Positions 41,714 through 54,538 of a stretch of 64,000 nucleotides of DNA are shown piece by piece. Position 1 is the first letter of the stretch. Every line of letters starts with the position of its first letter. The DNA is from Haliotis rubra (taxonomy: Eukaryota). Where the stretch lies: contig NW_025767188.1 in NCBI RefSeq assembly GCF_003918875.1, forward strand, positions 62,001 to 126,000, read 5' to 3'. The notes under the pieces are model-generated. The model had not been told where the DNA came from, did not search any database, and worked only from the letters and a program-made list of their open reading frames with translations. A program made the position numbers and the translations under genes.

Positions 41714-43695
41714 TGTTGATGACGGTAGTTTGTATATAGTCGAGTGTTGGCTGGATAAACGAGTGGTTGCTATTATGGCAGCATCCAAGCAGCCGGTGTA
41801 TGACAACAATTATTCTTCCTAGTGACGGAGCCTATTCAAAGAGTCCCCATGGACGACATGTTCCTTGATCCTTGATAACCAGAATCCCATGGGAATGAAG
41901 CATACGGTTCGTGACCGTTGTTAACCACAAGCAAGTCTTGACCAATCTGTACACTTCTGAGAATGTACCGACATCTTTCATTAATCTTCAGGGTCAACGT
42001 GCGGATGTCATGTCCAGGAGCTCTGACGGACTCCGGTCGCCTTCTTTGATACCAGCACAACAAAATCTCGTCAAGTATACCTCAGCATTTACTCTTTAAA
42101 CGTCAGTACAAAAACATGTCCAGTCCAGTCCTCAGAAAAGTTAGGGATTGTTTTAACACCGCTTTTAGCAGTATCACGGCGGGACACCTAAATGGGCTTC
42201 ACACATTTGGTCCATGTGGGGAATCAAACCTGGGTCTTCTGTCTGACGAGCAGACGCGTCAATATGAATGTTCATGTTCTCCAAGAAAAACTGTTTTTCA
42301 TATTCAAGTCCAAACCAACAGACAGCATGTGCTTAGTGAACGTGTAGAGTGTAGCAGACCCACAAGAAGATAACGGTGTGACTTATTCCTGGGTGAGTGA
42401 GTGAGTGAGTGACTGTAGTTATGCAGTCATCCAGCTATGTCACAGGAGCCTGACACTATCACAGCTATAAGATTGCGACAATAAATCTTGACTCGTGACC
42501 CTGCGCATTCAAAGCGAAATCAAAACACAATCACTCATTCGACATCACTCGTGCCTTTCCGTAAATGCAAACTGTCCCTGAATGACGAGTTGATCACGAA
42601 TGAACCACGTCAACCCTGTACGGTATATCTCTTTCTGTGCTCAGTTTCCCTCTGCACCGGTCACCTGGCTGTCTCGGGTAAGTGTGTTGTCACAGGGGCT
42701 GCGTCTATTCAAGTGATAAGCTACACACCTGTCCTACTGTGTACAGGTAACACCACACTGGTTCATCTAACTGTTGGGACATCTCCAGGCACATTCTCAA
42801 ATCCGGGCCCCTGATATTCTGCAATATGTAGACTGAGCATGGTGTATGAAGTGTCTATACTTTCATTACTTCCTTGATCTGCCTGTTGACTTCAATACTG
42901 AGGTCTGTCCCAATGTATGTGGATGTATGTATATAATGTGTTTTTGCTAAAGTTATCACTGAATTGATCTGAACTAAATTATGAATTAATTCCGCAAAAG
43001 AATAAGCTTTGAAACCAGTAGAAACAACAACAAAGAAATGTGCTGTAATGAACATTTGCATTCTAAAATTAACTAAGTTCAGAAATCAGTACAAAGGCTA
43101 CACAACTGCTCATAAACTTTCGTATTGTAGCTCAACGGTTCCAGTATGTCAGGCAAAAGAGAGAATTTTGTGTTTGTGTAAACCGTGAACTATCTGAGGG
43201 AATCTATGTTCTGTGTTTTACGTATGAAAAAGTATCCAGTATCAATATCAGGCCAAAGAAAGAATCTACAAGACTGACAGAATCAAACCAACACACGGTT
43301 ACTTCCCTTCATTCTATATCCAGCTTCTAACGCTTCTAAAATACAGGATTGTTTGTGTATAACGTGAAATATGTGAGGGAATGGCTGTTCCATGTTTTAC
43401 GTATGACCAGAAATACAGAGCCATCCACACACGCTCACATCATGCACACACAATAAACACGGCCCAGTTGAAACCCGTCTACCAATGTTATCTCTCATTG
43501 ATTATAGGATCTACATACATCTGAATATGTTTTCAATCGTTCATAATTCCAAGAGCAGGATTTACTAGACATAGTTCTTTTAGACCTGTCAGTAAATCGG
43601 GACTACAAATATGGTCGGTGTTCGTGTAATGAATGTTGTGGTTTGTATAGTGGATAGAATGTTTATGTCGTGTCTCCTGACTTTTGGTAGGAGAG

Positions 43696-46464
43696 ATGGC
43701 GACCTCCCAGAAGTTGACAGAACACTTCCTGACATGCTCCATATGTACAGAGGTGTTTGACAAGCCCTGTACACTTGTGTGTAATCACACCTTCTGTCGG
43801 AAATGTGTCGTCAACTACACCAAAACCAGACGGGAAGCCATCAGTGCCAAGTCTCTCCTGTGTCCATTCTGCAGGAAGATGACGAAAGTGTCTGACCCCG
43901 AGAAACCAGTGGAGGAGTGGGCGGATGACGTCCAGCCTATCTTTGTCATCCAGGGACTGTTGGACTCGTTTGGCCCCGGATCTAAAGGTGAATAGATGTA
44001 GGTTGTAGCAATATACGTGTTGTTTACAAGCAGGTAACAGAATAATTGATTTAAGCAATATAAATGTTTGTGATGTTATGAACATTGTATGACCCCTGCT
44101 ATGTATATACTAGTATAGTTTGGTGTATGTAAAAAAACTGTTTGTGAGGAATGTGAACGTTCATTGTGGATATCTGTTCAACGAGCAAGACACAGCATAT
44201 CAGGTGACATGACCAAAGACATATATAAACCTTATTCATGATCCGTACAACAACGTTTACGGTGAGACAATTTCAAACATATTTACATGACGTTTCAACC
44301 TGAGACGTGTTCCGATGTTTCCGATACATTTTCTCACATGTGTCAAGTAGGAACATGATGCGACACATCCAGCCCTATAATACATTGTGATGTCACCAGG
44401 TTAATATCACCACATCTAGCCCTATAATACATTGTGATGTCACAATGCTAATATCACCACATCTAGCCCTATTATACATTGTGATGTCACGAAGTTGATA
44501 TCATCATATCTAGCCCTATAATACATTGTGATGTCACCAGGTTGATATCATCATATCTTGCCTTATAATACATTGTGATGTCACCAGGTTAATATCACCA
44601 CATCTAGCCCTATAATACATTGTGATGTCACCAGGTTAATATCCCCACATCTAGCCCTATTATTAACACATTGTGATGTCACCAGGTTAATATCACCATA
44701 TCTAGCCCTATAATACATTGTGATGTCACCAGGTTAATATCACCACACGAATGAATGTTTATTTCAAATACAACTAACTGCAGTTATTGCAAGGTGGGAG
44801 GGGAGACAACTCCAGCTACATCTTGGTGTTCTGTTTGTGACGACGTACTATGTGAACAATGTACAAGGATGCACCAACGATTCCCCTCTTTCCGTCACCA
44901 TGACGTAGTTGACCTGTCTGGAGAGACAAAGGTCAAGGTCAAGAGAAAGATCATGTGTAAAGTTCACAAGGACGAGAATATCAAATATCTTTGCAAAGAT
45001 TGTAAAACAGCTGTTTGTCAAACATGTTGCACCATACATCACAGGAAATGTGACATGGTTGTTGAAATTGAGTCAGAGATTCCTGCAATGAAAACCGAGC
45101 TGAAAAGGAATAAAGAGAATTTGTTAAAGAAACACGATGAGATGAAAACATATGTTGGAAAACAAAACTCCATTGTCAAAGAAGAATTGGCGCTATATAT
45201 ACAAATAGAATCAAGTATCAAGTCTGCAAGTCTCACAGCAATACAGATGATCAAAGACAAGGAACGGAACCTTGTGTCTGAACTGAAAGAGATGTCTGAC
45301 AGACACATTGGACAACTGAAAGCAGACATAAAGTCGGGTGAGATGTCAGTACAGATGTACCAACAACAGGCTGAGCTGATGGACCAGGCTCTACAATCTG
45401 AGTGTGACATGGATGTGTATGAGATGTATCAGGGATGTGAGGCCGGTGATGTGAAGGCTGTCGGAGTCGTAAACGTGAAGGAGAAGGGAAGAATAGACAG
45501 AATAAAATTCAGACAGGACACGGACAAGCTGAGTAGATCACTGGAAGATCTCCATCTGGGTGAGATACACGTCCAGTATGACGATGTGCTGGACCTGAAG
45601 GCTGCTCCTGTGTTACAGGACACCATTGATGTGCTGGACCTGATGGCTACCCCTGTGTTACATGACACCATTAATGTGACAGTAGCAGGAGATGCAGGTG
45701 GAGGAGACCCCACTGACGTGACGGTGTTAGAGGTGAATGGTACAGACACAGTGGTAGTTACAGACTACAACAACAACAGTGTCAAGTCCTTCTACACCAG
45801 GAACAGTCAGCCAGGTCACAGCAAGCTCAGTCTGGGAGGTGGACCCTATGGTATAGCAAGGCTGAAACACAACCAGGTGGCTGTCACTCTGCTGTATACC
45901 AGACATATTGTAACAGTTGAAGTGAACCCTGACCTGGTGCTGCTGTCCACCATCACAACCAACAAACATTACCGGGGTATATCGTCTCTGACACCATCAA
46001 CACTAGCAGCATGTTCCCACTACCCTCCCTGTGTTGATATCCTGGATATGTCGGGACACGTGCTGAAGTCATTTTGTCGAGGCCACAGAGGTAGAAACAT
46101 CTTAATGTATCCCGACTCCCTCTGTACCACGAGGACAGGAAACATCCTGGTGTCTGACCGTGGAACCAAATGTGTCGTGTGTCTGACGCCCGAGGGAGAT
46201 GTGGTGTTCAACTACAGACCTACAGGAGACACAGTACTGAAGGATCCATTTGGTATCACAAGTACCAGCACAAGCGACATCCTGGTGACAGACACCTCAC
46301 AACACAGAGTCATCCATCTGACAGAGTCAGGACAATTTGTTAGAAACATACTGACATCACAGGACGGTGTGTGGTATCCAAGGGGACTGTGTGTTGGTGG
46401 GCGTGGTCGAATGTACTTGGTGTGTGCATTAGATGTAGTGAAGGTGTTTACACACTGTGAGTGA
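43696..46464 (+). CDS. TRIM-NHL copy 2; exons 43696-43987 and 44768-46464; canonical exon-2 acceptor mutated, possibly an incipient pseudogene
   Basis: Same domain architecture with both exons open. Acceptor reads TTTCAA rather than the TTTCAG of copy 1. 45-bp in-frame internal duplication at 45583-45672. Confidence 0.8.
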
Positions 46465-49189
46465 GAGAACATGTCACAATCTCTTTCTGTATGTTAAATA
46501 TAGATATATGTTACCTGGATAGATATGATGTGATGCACTGTAGGAACATTTAACTTTTGATGTGAACGTGACGAACCATACCTGTTGTAGAAAGGTATGG
46601 TGGTTAAAACGCTCGCTCGTCACGCCGAAGACCTGGGTTTGATTCCTTACATGGGTACAATGTGTGAAGCCCATTTCTGGTGTCCCCTGTCGTGATATTG
46701 CTGGAATATTGCTAAAAAGCTAAAACCATACTCTCTCACCTGCTGGAATGTAATTTAATGTAATGTAATGTAATGTAATGTAATGTAAGCAGCCATTACT
46801 TCTGCTTTATATTCAGATATATTGTCTCAATAACTATGTGGTCCAAAATCATCTGGAATATTTATATTTTGAGTTGTAATGATTTTGAGTCACTTTTTCT
46901 ATAAGTGACTTTAATAAAGAATTGTTTTACAAAATTTAATGAATTGGTCAAATGGGACAAATTAGTGGTCAAAGGGAGATAAGTCGTTATGAGAAGTATA
47001 CGAAGAGCCATAAAATGTAGCGAACGAATGAATAGTTTATCAGTGAGTTAGTTGCGTTTTTACGCTGCTTTTAACATTATTCCACACATTGTAAGTTGTT
47101 GGGAATCGAACCCGGGTCTTCGTCATGACGAACGAACAATTTTTTACCACTGGGTTACCCCAGCCCCTATTTTATCACAATTTGTGTTTAGTGTGAGTGT
47201 TGTACATTGATACGTGCAGTGTTTATACCGACGTGTACAGTTATATACTCTCTGCCTCATATCATTCATTCACTTAATGGAGGAGTAAGAAACGTTGTGT
47301 TCCTCATAATAAAGAAGCTGACATCGACAAAACTCTCTTCCGGATGTGTATCCCTTCTAAATGTCATTCAAAGACCTGATGTGTTACATGTACGTAATGA
47401 TGTCTGGCTCAGTATAAAAGATTGCCATTTCCTTTGCTAATATGTTGTNNNNNNNNNNNNNNNNNNNNNNNNNNNNNNNNNNNNNNNNNNNNNNNNNNNN
47501 NNNNNNNNNNNNNNNNNNNNNNNNNNNNNNNNNNNNNNNNNNNNNNNNNNNNNNNNNNNNNNNNNNNNNNNNNNNNNNNNNNNNNNNNNNNNNNNNNNNN
47601 NNNNNNNNNNNNNNNNNNTCTGAGTTTAGTTTTACGCCGTTTTTTAGCAATATTCCAGCAATATCACGGCGGGGACAGACAGGGGAGAGAGACGGGGAGA
47701 GAGGGGAGAGAGAGAGAGAGAGAGAATCTCCAGGGTCCCGTTGTACAAAACAACCGTAGCTCTAAGGTTACCTTATCTCCTTAAGTTTAACATTAGGCCT
47801 TTGCTAAGGTTGACGCCCCGTTGTACGAATCTACTTTACGCTAAGGTAGCCTTAGTTAAGGTGAAATTTTAAGGATGGTCCGACCCAACCTTAGTGTGGC
47901 TAAGGCTGACAGAAGACCTTTACCCAAAATACCCTCTGTTTACTCTGCGGCGTAAAACGCTATTCACACAACCACCCACTCGCCCACTGAGAAACTGAAT
48001 ACTGCAACCGCCACTCGTCAATGGTCGAGTTTATACCTTTCAAACTTCAAACACATGTCATCGTATCCCAGTTGTGTAGATCGATGCTCATGCTGTTGAT
48101 CACTGGATTGCCTGGTCCAGACTCGATTATTTACAGACCACCGCCATATAGTTGGAATATTGCTGAGTGCAGCGTTAAACAATAACTATTAAGCTTGGCT
48201 GAATCTTTTTGGTCTGCAATAGACAGAGGTATCCTGTTAAATAGGTGCGATTCCTCACATGGGTACTAATTTCTGGTGATATTTCTGGAATATTGCTAAA
48301 TGCGGTGTAAAATGAAACTCACTCACTCACTCCTGTTTAACAGTCGGTTGTTGTGTGGTATGTGTATAGCTTTAATCTGCACACACACTATTGGCATATA
48401 GACCCAACACAGAAATCGCAATATTAGATACCCGTAATGGTGGCCAGATCTAGCTTTAATCTGCACACACACTATTGGCATATAGACCCAACACAGAAAT
48501 CGCAATATTAGATACCCGTAATGGTGGCCAGATCTAGCTTTAATCTGCACACACACTATTGTCATATAGACCCAACACAGAAATCGCAATATTAGATACC
48601 CGTAATGGTGGCCAGATCTAGCTTTAATCTGCACACACACTATTGGCATATATAGACCCAACACAGAAATCTCAATATTAGATACCCGTACTGGTGGCCA
48701 GATCTAGCTTTAATCTGCACACACACTATTGGCATATATAGACCCAACACAGAAATCGCAATATTAGATACCCGTAATGGTGGCCAGATCTGTTGCATGA
48801 TTTATGATACACTGCTGGGTTTGGGAACATATGTTCTTATGCATTTTCAAAGCGATATTGGACCAAGTCGAGTGTCCCTTAGTGACATTGGTTCAATACA
48901 AGTCACACAACGACGCTACAGATGGGTACTTTAGCAAGTTGAATAACACAACGGGCTCTTTGAGTGACTACTCCTACACCTACTATAAGAGTAGCAACAT
49001 GTTAACACATTTCCATTGTCCATATCACTGCCCATATTAAGTGGTATACTAGTGTACACGTGTTACGTCATAACTTATCACGTTGTGACTCCCATGGGGA
49101 TAGTTTTGTTAAACATTTCGTGACAAAAATAGATACAGAGAGTGAGAGTAAGAGTATATTTCGTATAATGGCCTCATGGCCGAGAGTAC

Positions 49190-49885
49190 AAAAAAATACA
49201 TAATTGTTTGTTTGTGCGCATACAATACATAAACATAAACATAATGCATCACTGTATAGCAGTCAAACAGGTAGGTTTCTCTTCTGGTAGATTGCTAGGC
49301 TTTTGATAGCATTCATATATTTTGTGCATAACAACTGGTTCAACTTAAATAGAGATGGATTTATATGATAATAACCAGGACTAAACTGTACGGTATGGTA
49401 GTAAGGACATACTAACAGAAAGTGGTATTCTTCTTCTACGACATAACTAAATGACACTTGATACATATTGCTATTGTATTATCGACATTGTCTTTATTGA
49501 AACGCAGCTGTTAGACGCCCAATTTGTGCGATAAGCAACGAAAATCACATAATATACGCCTCAAGTCTCTATTAGTGTACAACGCAGTTATATACACTTC
49601 TGTTTCCAAAACTGACTTGTACGATGAATAAACTTTAAGAAAGGAACTACTACCAATATCACAGTACCAATATCACTGCTCCTAGTTTGGAAACAGATAT
49701 CCTTGGAGCGTTGCTTAAACGTTGCAATAATACATCTACGTCGGCAAAGTCTTGTGCAGTCCACACAAAAGAGAATCCAAATTTAAACAATAGTGAACGA
49801 ACATAAGACACGAAGTTGACACTTCCATTTTCACCATTCATTCTCACGAGTCTACACCAGTACCTGATACAACGGCTAAAATAAT
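49190..49885 (-). mobile_element. CR1/L2-group LINE 3' fragment (shorter copy at about 35915-36100)
   Basis: IRYWCRL...YVRSLLFKFGFSFVW and VEEEYHFLLVCPYY motifs; AAACAAACAA-type tail. Confidence 0.7.
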
Positions 49886-50280
49886 TAAATATATCCCTCC
49901 ACGCTAGAGCCTCGTCGACTATATAAACCAGGTTTAATAATACCGTATCATTCAAGCTCTGATCGAGACACACCATTAGACGACATTAACTCGACCAACC
50001 TTGATCAAGGACTAGAGTGCTGTCTCAGATATTGAATATTGACTTCGTGTGTCCAAGCTACTCAAATCATTAGTGATATCATGGATAAACTTGCTGACTT
50101 TACAGGCCTGTTCTCCGGGTTTTTCAGAGACCCAGCTAGAATTCTGATGGTTGGACTCCATGCTGCCGGTATGTTAAGTAATATTTGTTTGCAGCTACTT
50201 TTTTGCACAACTTGTTATTGACATGAACACATTCTAATTTTACAGGATACATTTGGTATTTCAATCATGCTTTATGTATT
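49886..50280 (+). pseudogene. Relic of the ARF-A core promoter, exon 1 and start of intron 1
   Basis: Aligns to 19724-20098. TATA is kept, the original ATG has become ATT, a new in-frame ATG lies at 50081 (MDKLADFTGLFSGFFRDPARILMVGLHAAG), and the donor at 50169 is intact. No exons 2-4 follow. Confidence 0.9.
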
Positions 50281-52697
50281 AATTAGGGCTCCTTGCCTCC
50301 AGGCAGGAGACCTATTGAAATCGTTCGGATTATTATTATTCATTATTCCGCTGTATTTTGTACCAAACATAGCTCCTAAACCAGAACTCAGAATCTCTTC
50401 CAAAAAATCACCAAGGTGCCCACAACATTGAAGTTGATAGCGCCAAAAAACGCAGGACTCTAGGCCCAATAGCACAGGGCAGATAATTCAAAAATAATTC
50501 AAAAATTTTAATTTCCAAAGCAATAATCTCCGAAACTACATGTCCAATGACTACCAAATTTCAGGGGCAACTCTGGAATCCGATTACCTTCAATTTCAAC
50601 TGCATGACCCAAGGGGCCAAGAGGCTCAGTTTGGCGGCTATATTGGATTCAAGGAAATATGAAGGTTTTGGCGGGTAGGCAATTCCACTGTTCCGTACAT
50701 TATATGTGTACATATGATAACTGAAGTCCTGACACGACTAGTGGTAGTGTAGCCTTACGGCTAGTGGTAGTGTAGCCTCACGACTAGTGGTGGTGTAGCC
50801 TCACGACTAGTTGTAGTGTAGCCTTACGGCTAGTGGTAGTGTAGCCTTACGGCTAGTGGTAGTGTAGCCTCACGACTAGTGGGAGTGTAGCCTCACGACT
50901 AGTGGTAGTGTAGTCTTACGGCTAGTGGTAGTGTAGCCTCACGACTAGTTGTAGTGTAGCCTTACGGCTAGTGGTAGTGTAGCCTTACGGCTAGTGGTAG
51001 TGTAGCCTCACGACTAGTGGTAGTGTAGCCTCACAACTAGTGGTAGTGTAGTCTTACGACTAGTGGTAGTGTAGCCTCACGACTAGTGGTGGTGTAGTCC
51101 TACGACTAGTGGTAGTGTAGCCTTACGGCTAGTGGTCGTGGTAGTGTAGCCTCACGACTAGTGATAGTGTAGCCTCACGACTAGTGGCAGTGTGAATGCG
51201 TACAGTCAATACCAGAGTTAAATGGTATATGTCAAATCTGAGCACTTCGCGCCGTTACCGTATTTGCTCAAGGCAGGAATGTTGATAACGGAAATTTACT
51301 TTCACTAGTCATAAATCGTTACCGTAGTTTATGCATTAAGCGCAACATACCGTAATAATAATAAATTCCTAACCGTAGTTAACGCAATAGGCACTACATA
51401 CCGTAATTGTCATAAATGGGCCCCGTAGTTAACTCCTTAGGCGTGACATAACGTAATAGTCATAAATCTGCACAACAGTTAATGAACTAGGCACTACATG
51501 CTGTAATTAAACAGTTGGGTGCTCCACTCAGTACTTGTTCTTTGCAATTGTTGTCGATGATTAATTTATCCGTCAGGTTATGTTATTTATCAGTACCGTA
51601 GTTACGCAAGGAAATGATGTATTATTTGTATTATGTTTCTGTAAGCAGTTACCGTACATACCCTGTTGTACCACACATAGCTTGTATTACCCGACTTAGA
51701 TATAAACTGTATTAGGATATCATTGATTATTATTTCTATTATTGTATGTCATTATTACGACTAGTGGTAGTGTAGCCTTACGACTAGTGGTAGTGTAGCC
51801 TCACGACTAGTGGTAGTGCAGCCTTACGGCTAGTGGTAGTGTAGTCTCACCATACATATGTATTTACTACATGTGTGCTTAATTATCGAGGAATTGTATC
51901 TACTTGTTGGAAACTTGTAATTATCAGTAAATATTGCAACAGTTTAATTCATGCGTATTTCTGCATTGTGCTGTTTACGCTTTGATGAGAAATGTAGACA
52001 CGTCTTTTTGTGATCCACGAGAGAGTTAGTGAGTTGAATTTTACGCCGCACCCAGCAATATTCCAGCTATTTGGCGGCATTCTGCAAAATAATCGGATCT
52101 GGACCAGACAATCAGGGGATCAACAGCATTAACATGAATCTACGCAATTGGGAAACGACGACATGTGTCAACCCAGTCAGCGAGCCTGACCACCCGATCC
52201 CGTTAGTCGCCTGTTACGAAAAGCATAGGTTACTGAAGATCAATTCTAACCGTGATCTTCACGGTGTTATCCATGAACTGCCATGAATCACGGAAGGAGT
52301 TCACAGAGGACATACAATGAAAGTAAAACGCCAAGAAGACATAATGACCACAATCTATTGGCCGTGAGGAAAAACAGACTATACGCACAAAGATGTATGT
52401 TTTTTGGTTTTGATGCCTTTGTGTGACATTAACAATAAATAAATTAACAGTGACATGGAAGACACGCCATGGTGGGTTTGAGAGGACCGTGCAGATGTAG
52501 GGCAGGTAGACTAGAGATGTAGAGCAGGTAGACTACAGATGTAGAGCGGGTACCCTACAGATGTAGAGCAGGTAGACTACAGATGTAGAGCAGGTAGCCT
52601 ACAGATGTAGAGCAGGTAGACTACAGATGTAGAGCAGGTAGACTAGAGATGTAGAGCAGGTAGACTATAGATGTAGAGGAGGTAGACTACAGATGTA

Positions 52698-52760
52698 GCG
52701 CCTAGAGAAAGTGCCTTGCAGTTTGATTTGTGCGCTATACAAGAACACTTATTATTATTA
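52698..52760 (+). mobile_element. Short 3' tail of an L2/CR1-type element inserted in the 22-bp satellite
   Basis: GCGCCTAGAG...GCGCTATACAAGAACAC(TTA)n interrupts the array. Confidence 0.5.
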
Positions 52761-54538
52761 TGTAGAGCAGGTACACTACAGATGTAGAGCAGGTAGACTA
52801 CAGATGTAGAGCAGGTAGACTACAGATGTAGAGCAGGTAGACTATAGATGTAGAGCAGGTAGACTACAGATGTAGAGGAGGTAGACTACAGATGTAGAGC
52901 AGGTAGACTACAGATGTAGAGCAGGTAGACTACAGATGTAGAGCAGGTAGACTACAGATGTAGAGCAGGTAGACTACAGATGTGGAGCAGGTAGACTACA
53001 GATGTGGAGCAGGTAGACTACAGATGTAGGAGCAGGTAGACTACAGATGTGGAGCAGGTAGACTACATGTGGAGCAGGTAGGAGCAGGTAGACTACAGAT
53101 GTAGAGCAGGTAGACTACAGATGTGAAGAGCAGGTAGACTACAGATGTAGAGGAGGTAGACTACAGATGTAGAGCAGGTAGACTACAGATGTAGAGGAGA
53201 GGTAGACTACAGATGTAGAGCAGGTAGACTACAGATGTGGAGCAGGTAGACTACAGATGCAGGAACAGGTAGCAGAGGTAGATGAAGAGCAGGTAGACTA
53301 CAGATGTGGAGCAGGTAGACTACAGATGTGGAGCTGGTAGACTACAGATGTAGAGCAGGTAGTCTACAGATGAAGAGCAGGTAGACTACAGATGTAGAGC
53401 AGGTAGACTACAGATGTAGAGCAGGTAGACTACAGATGTAGAGGAGGTAGACTACAGATGTAGAGCAGGTAGACTACAGATTTTTCTGGGATATCTCCAC
53501 ATGGGAGAGTTGTGTGTACGATCAAATGACATACGTCTGAGCTGCTCTCTGTTCAACGCGATCAACACCTGTTACTGAATTGACTTGACATTATTGTGTG
53601 GTGGAAGGGAGATCACTCATGATGAGGTATATTAAAAGAGAAATAACACCGAATGTTACACACCACCAAATGTTTTCCCATAGACTTTTTTTTGTAACCT
53701 TATATTTTTTTTCAAAATATCCAGGCTATCGACAGCCATTGCATGTACTCGTGGGTACACTCTGGCCTTTAAACTACCATAAAACAAAATATCAGGCCAA
53801 CTTGTCCGGCTTGTTTTGCGAGCCAAGGAAGCGGAACACATCAACCCCAGTTCCGCACCAAATGTCACCTACTGGAAAATATCTGTACACACAATAAGCA
53901 TAAGTGATGGTGATAAAAATGACAGTACTCAATACTTAAAATTGTGGTCAGTTTTAATTACTGATTGGATGTGCGTTTAAAAAACAAACTTCTTACACTT
54001 TTTCATCCAATCACAGCTGTCACATGTCTCACATGTCGCTTCACTTGTTTACACACGGCTCTCGCGCAGGGAGCATGTGATACTGATTTAGTGTAGTGGA
54101 ACCTAAATAGTGTATTGCCATTTGAGCTGTTCCCGAACTTCCCGTGTGTTGTAAACAGACATACGAGGGGCACATTGAAGAGCGATGTTCTAGTAGCAGT
54201 ACGAGTACTGAGTCCAAAGGGGTACTGTCAATAGCTCTTCAATGTGCTTCGCAGGGTGGCCCTAGAGGACCAAACACTTTATGAATACTCTGTACTCAAG
54301 CTTATCCATATCTGCAGTTTCAATAGGGATACATGTGATTAAATGTCACGTGACATGTTGTGCATGTCACCATTACGTTTATGTGAATGATTTAAACCTT
54401 TCTTCAATATCATACAGTTATTTTTATCATGCACATAACATAAGCAATTCAGGCTCAAAACGTTTTGATAGCCCCTCGTATACAGTGTACACGGCCGCTT
54501 GATGGTCAACGCAGCACTCAGTTTTCCAGCCACGTGTT

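Noticed and set aside
29862-46472. Antisense and alternative-frame ORFs over the TRIM exons
   Set aside because: Shadow ORFs of the real coding strand, duplicated along with it.
48323-48664. 113-aa ORF with 28-aa repeats
   Set aside because: Translation of the 84-bp minisatellite; the frame is not kept in the 86-bp paralogous array.
50285-50730. Possible Helitron/Helentron-like non-autonomous element; also unexplained inserts at 51192-51756 and about 53650-54095
   Set aside because: They look like unit-specific insertions, but termini and TSDs could not be established from a single copy.
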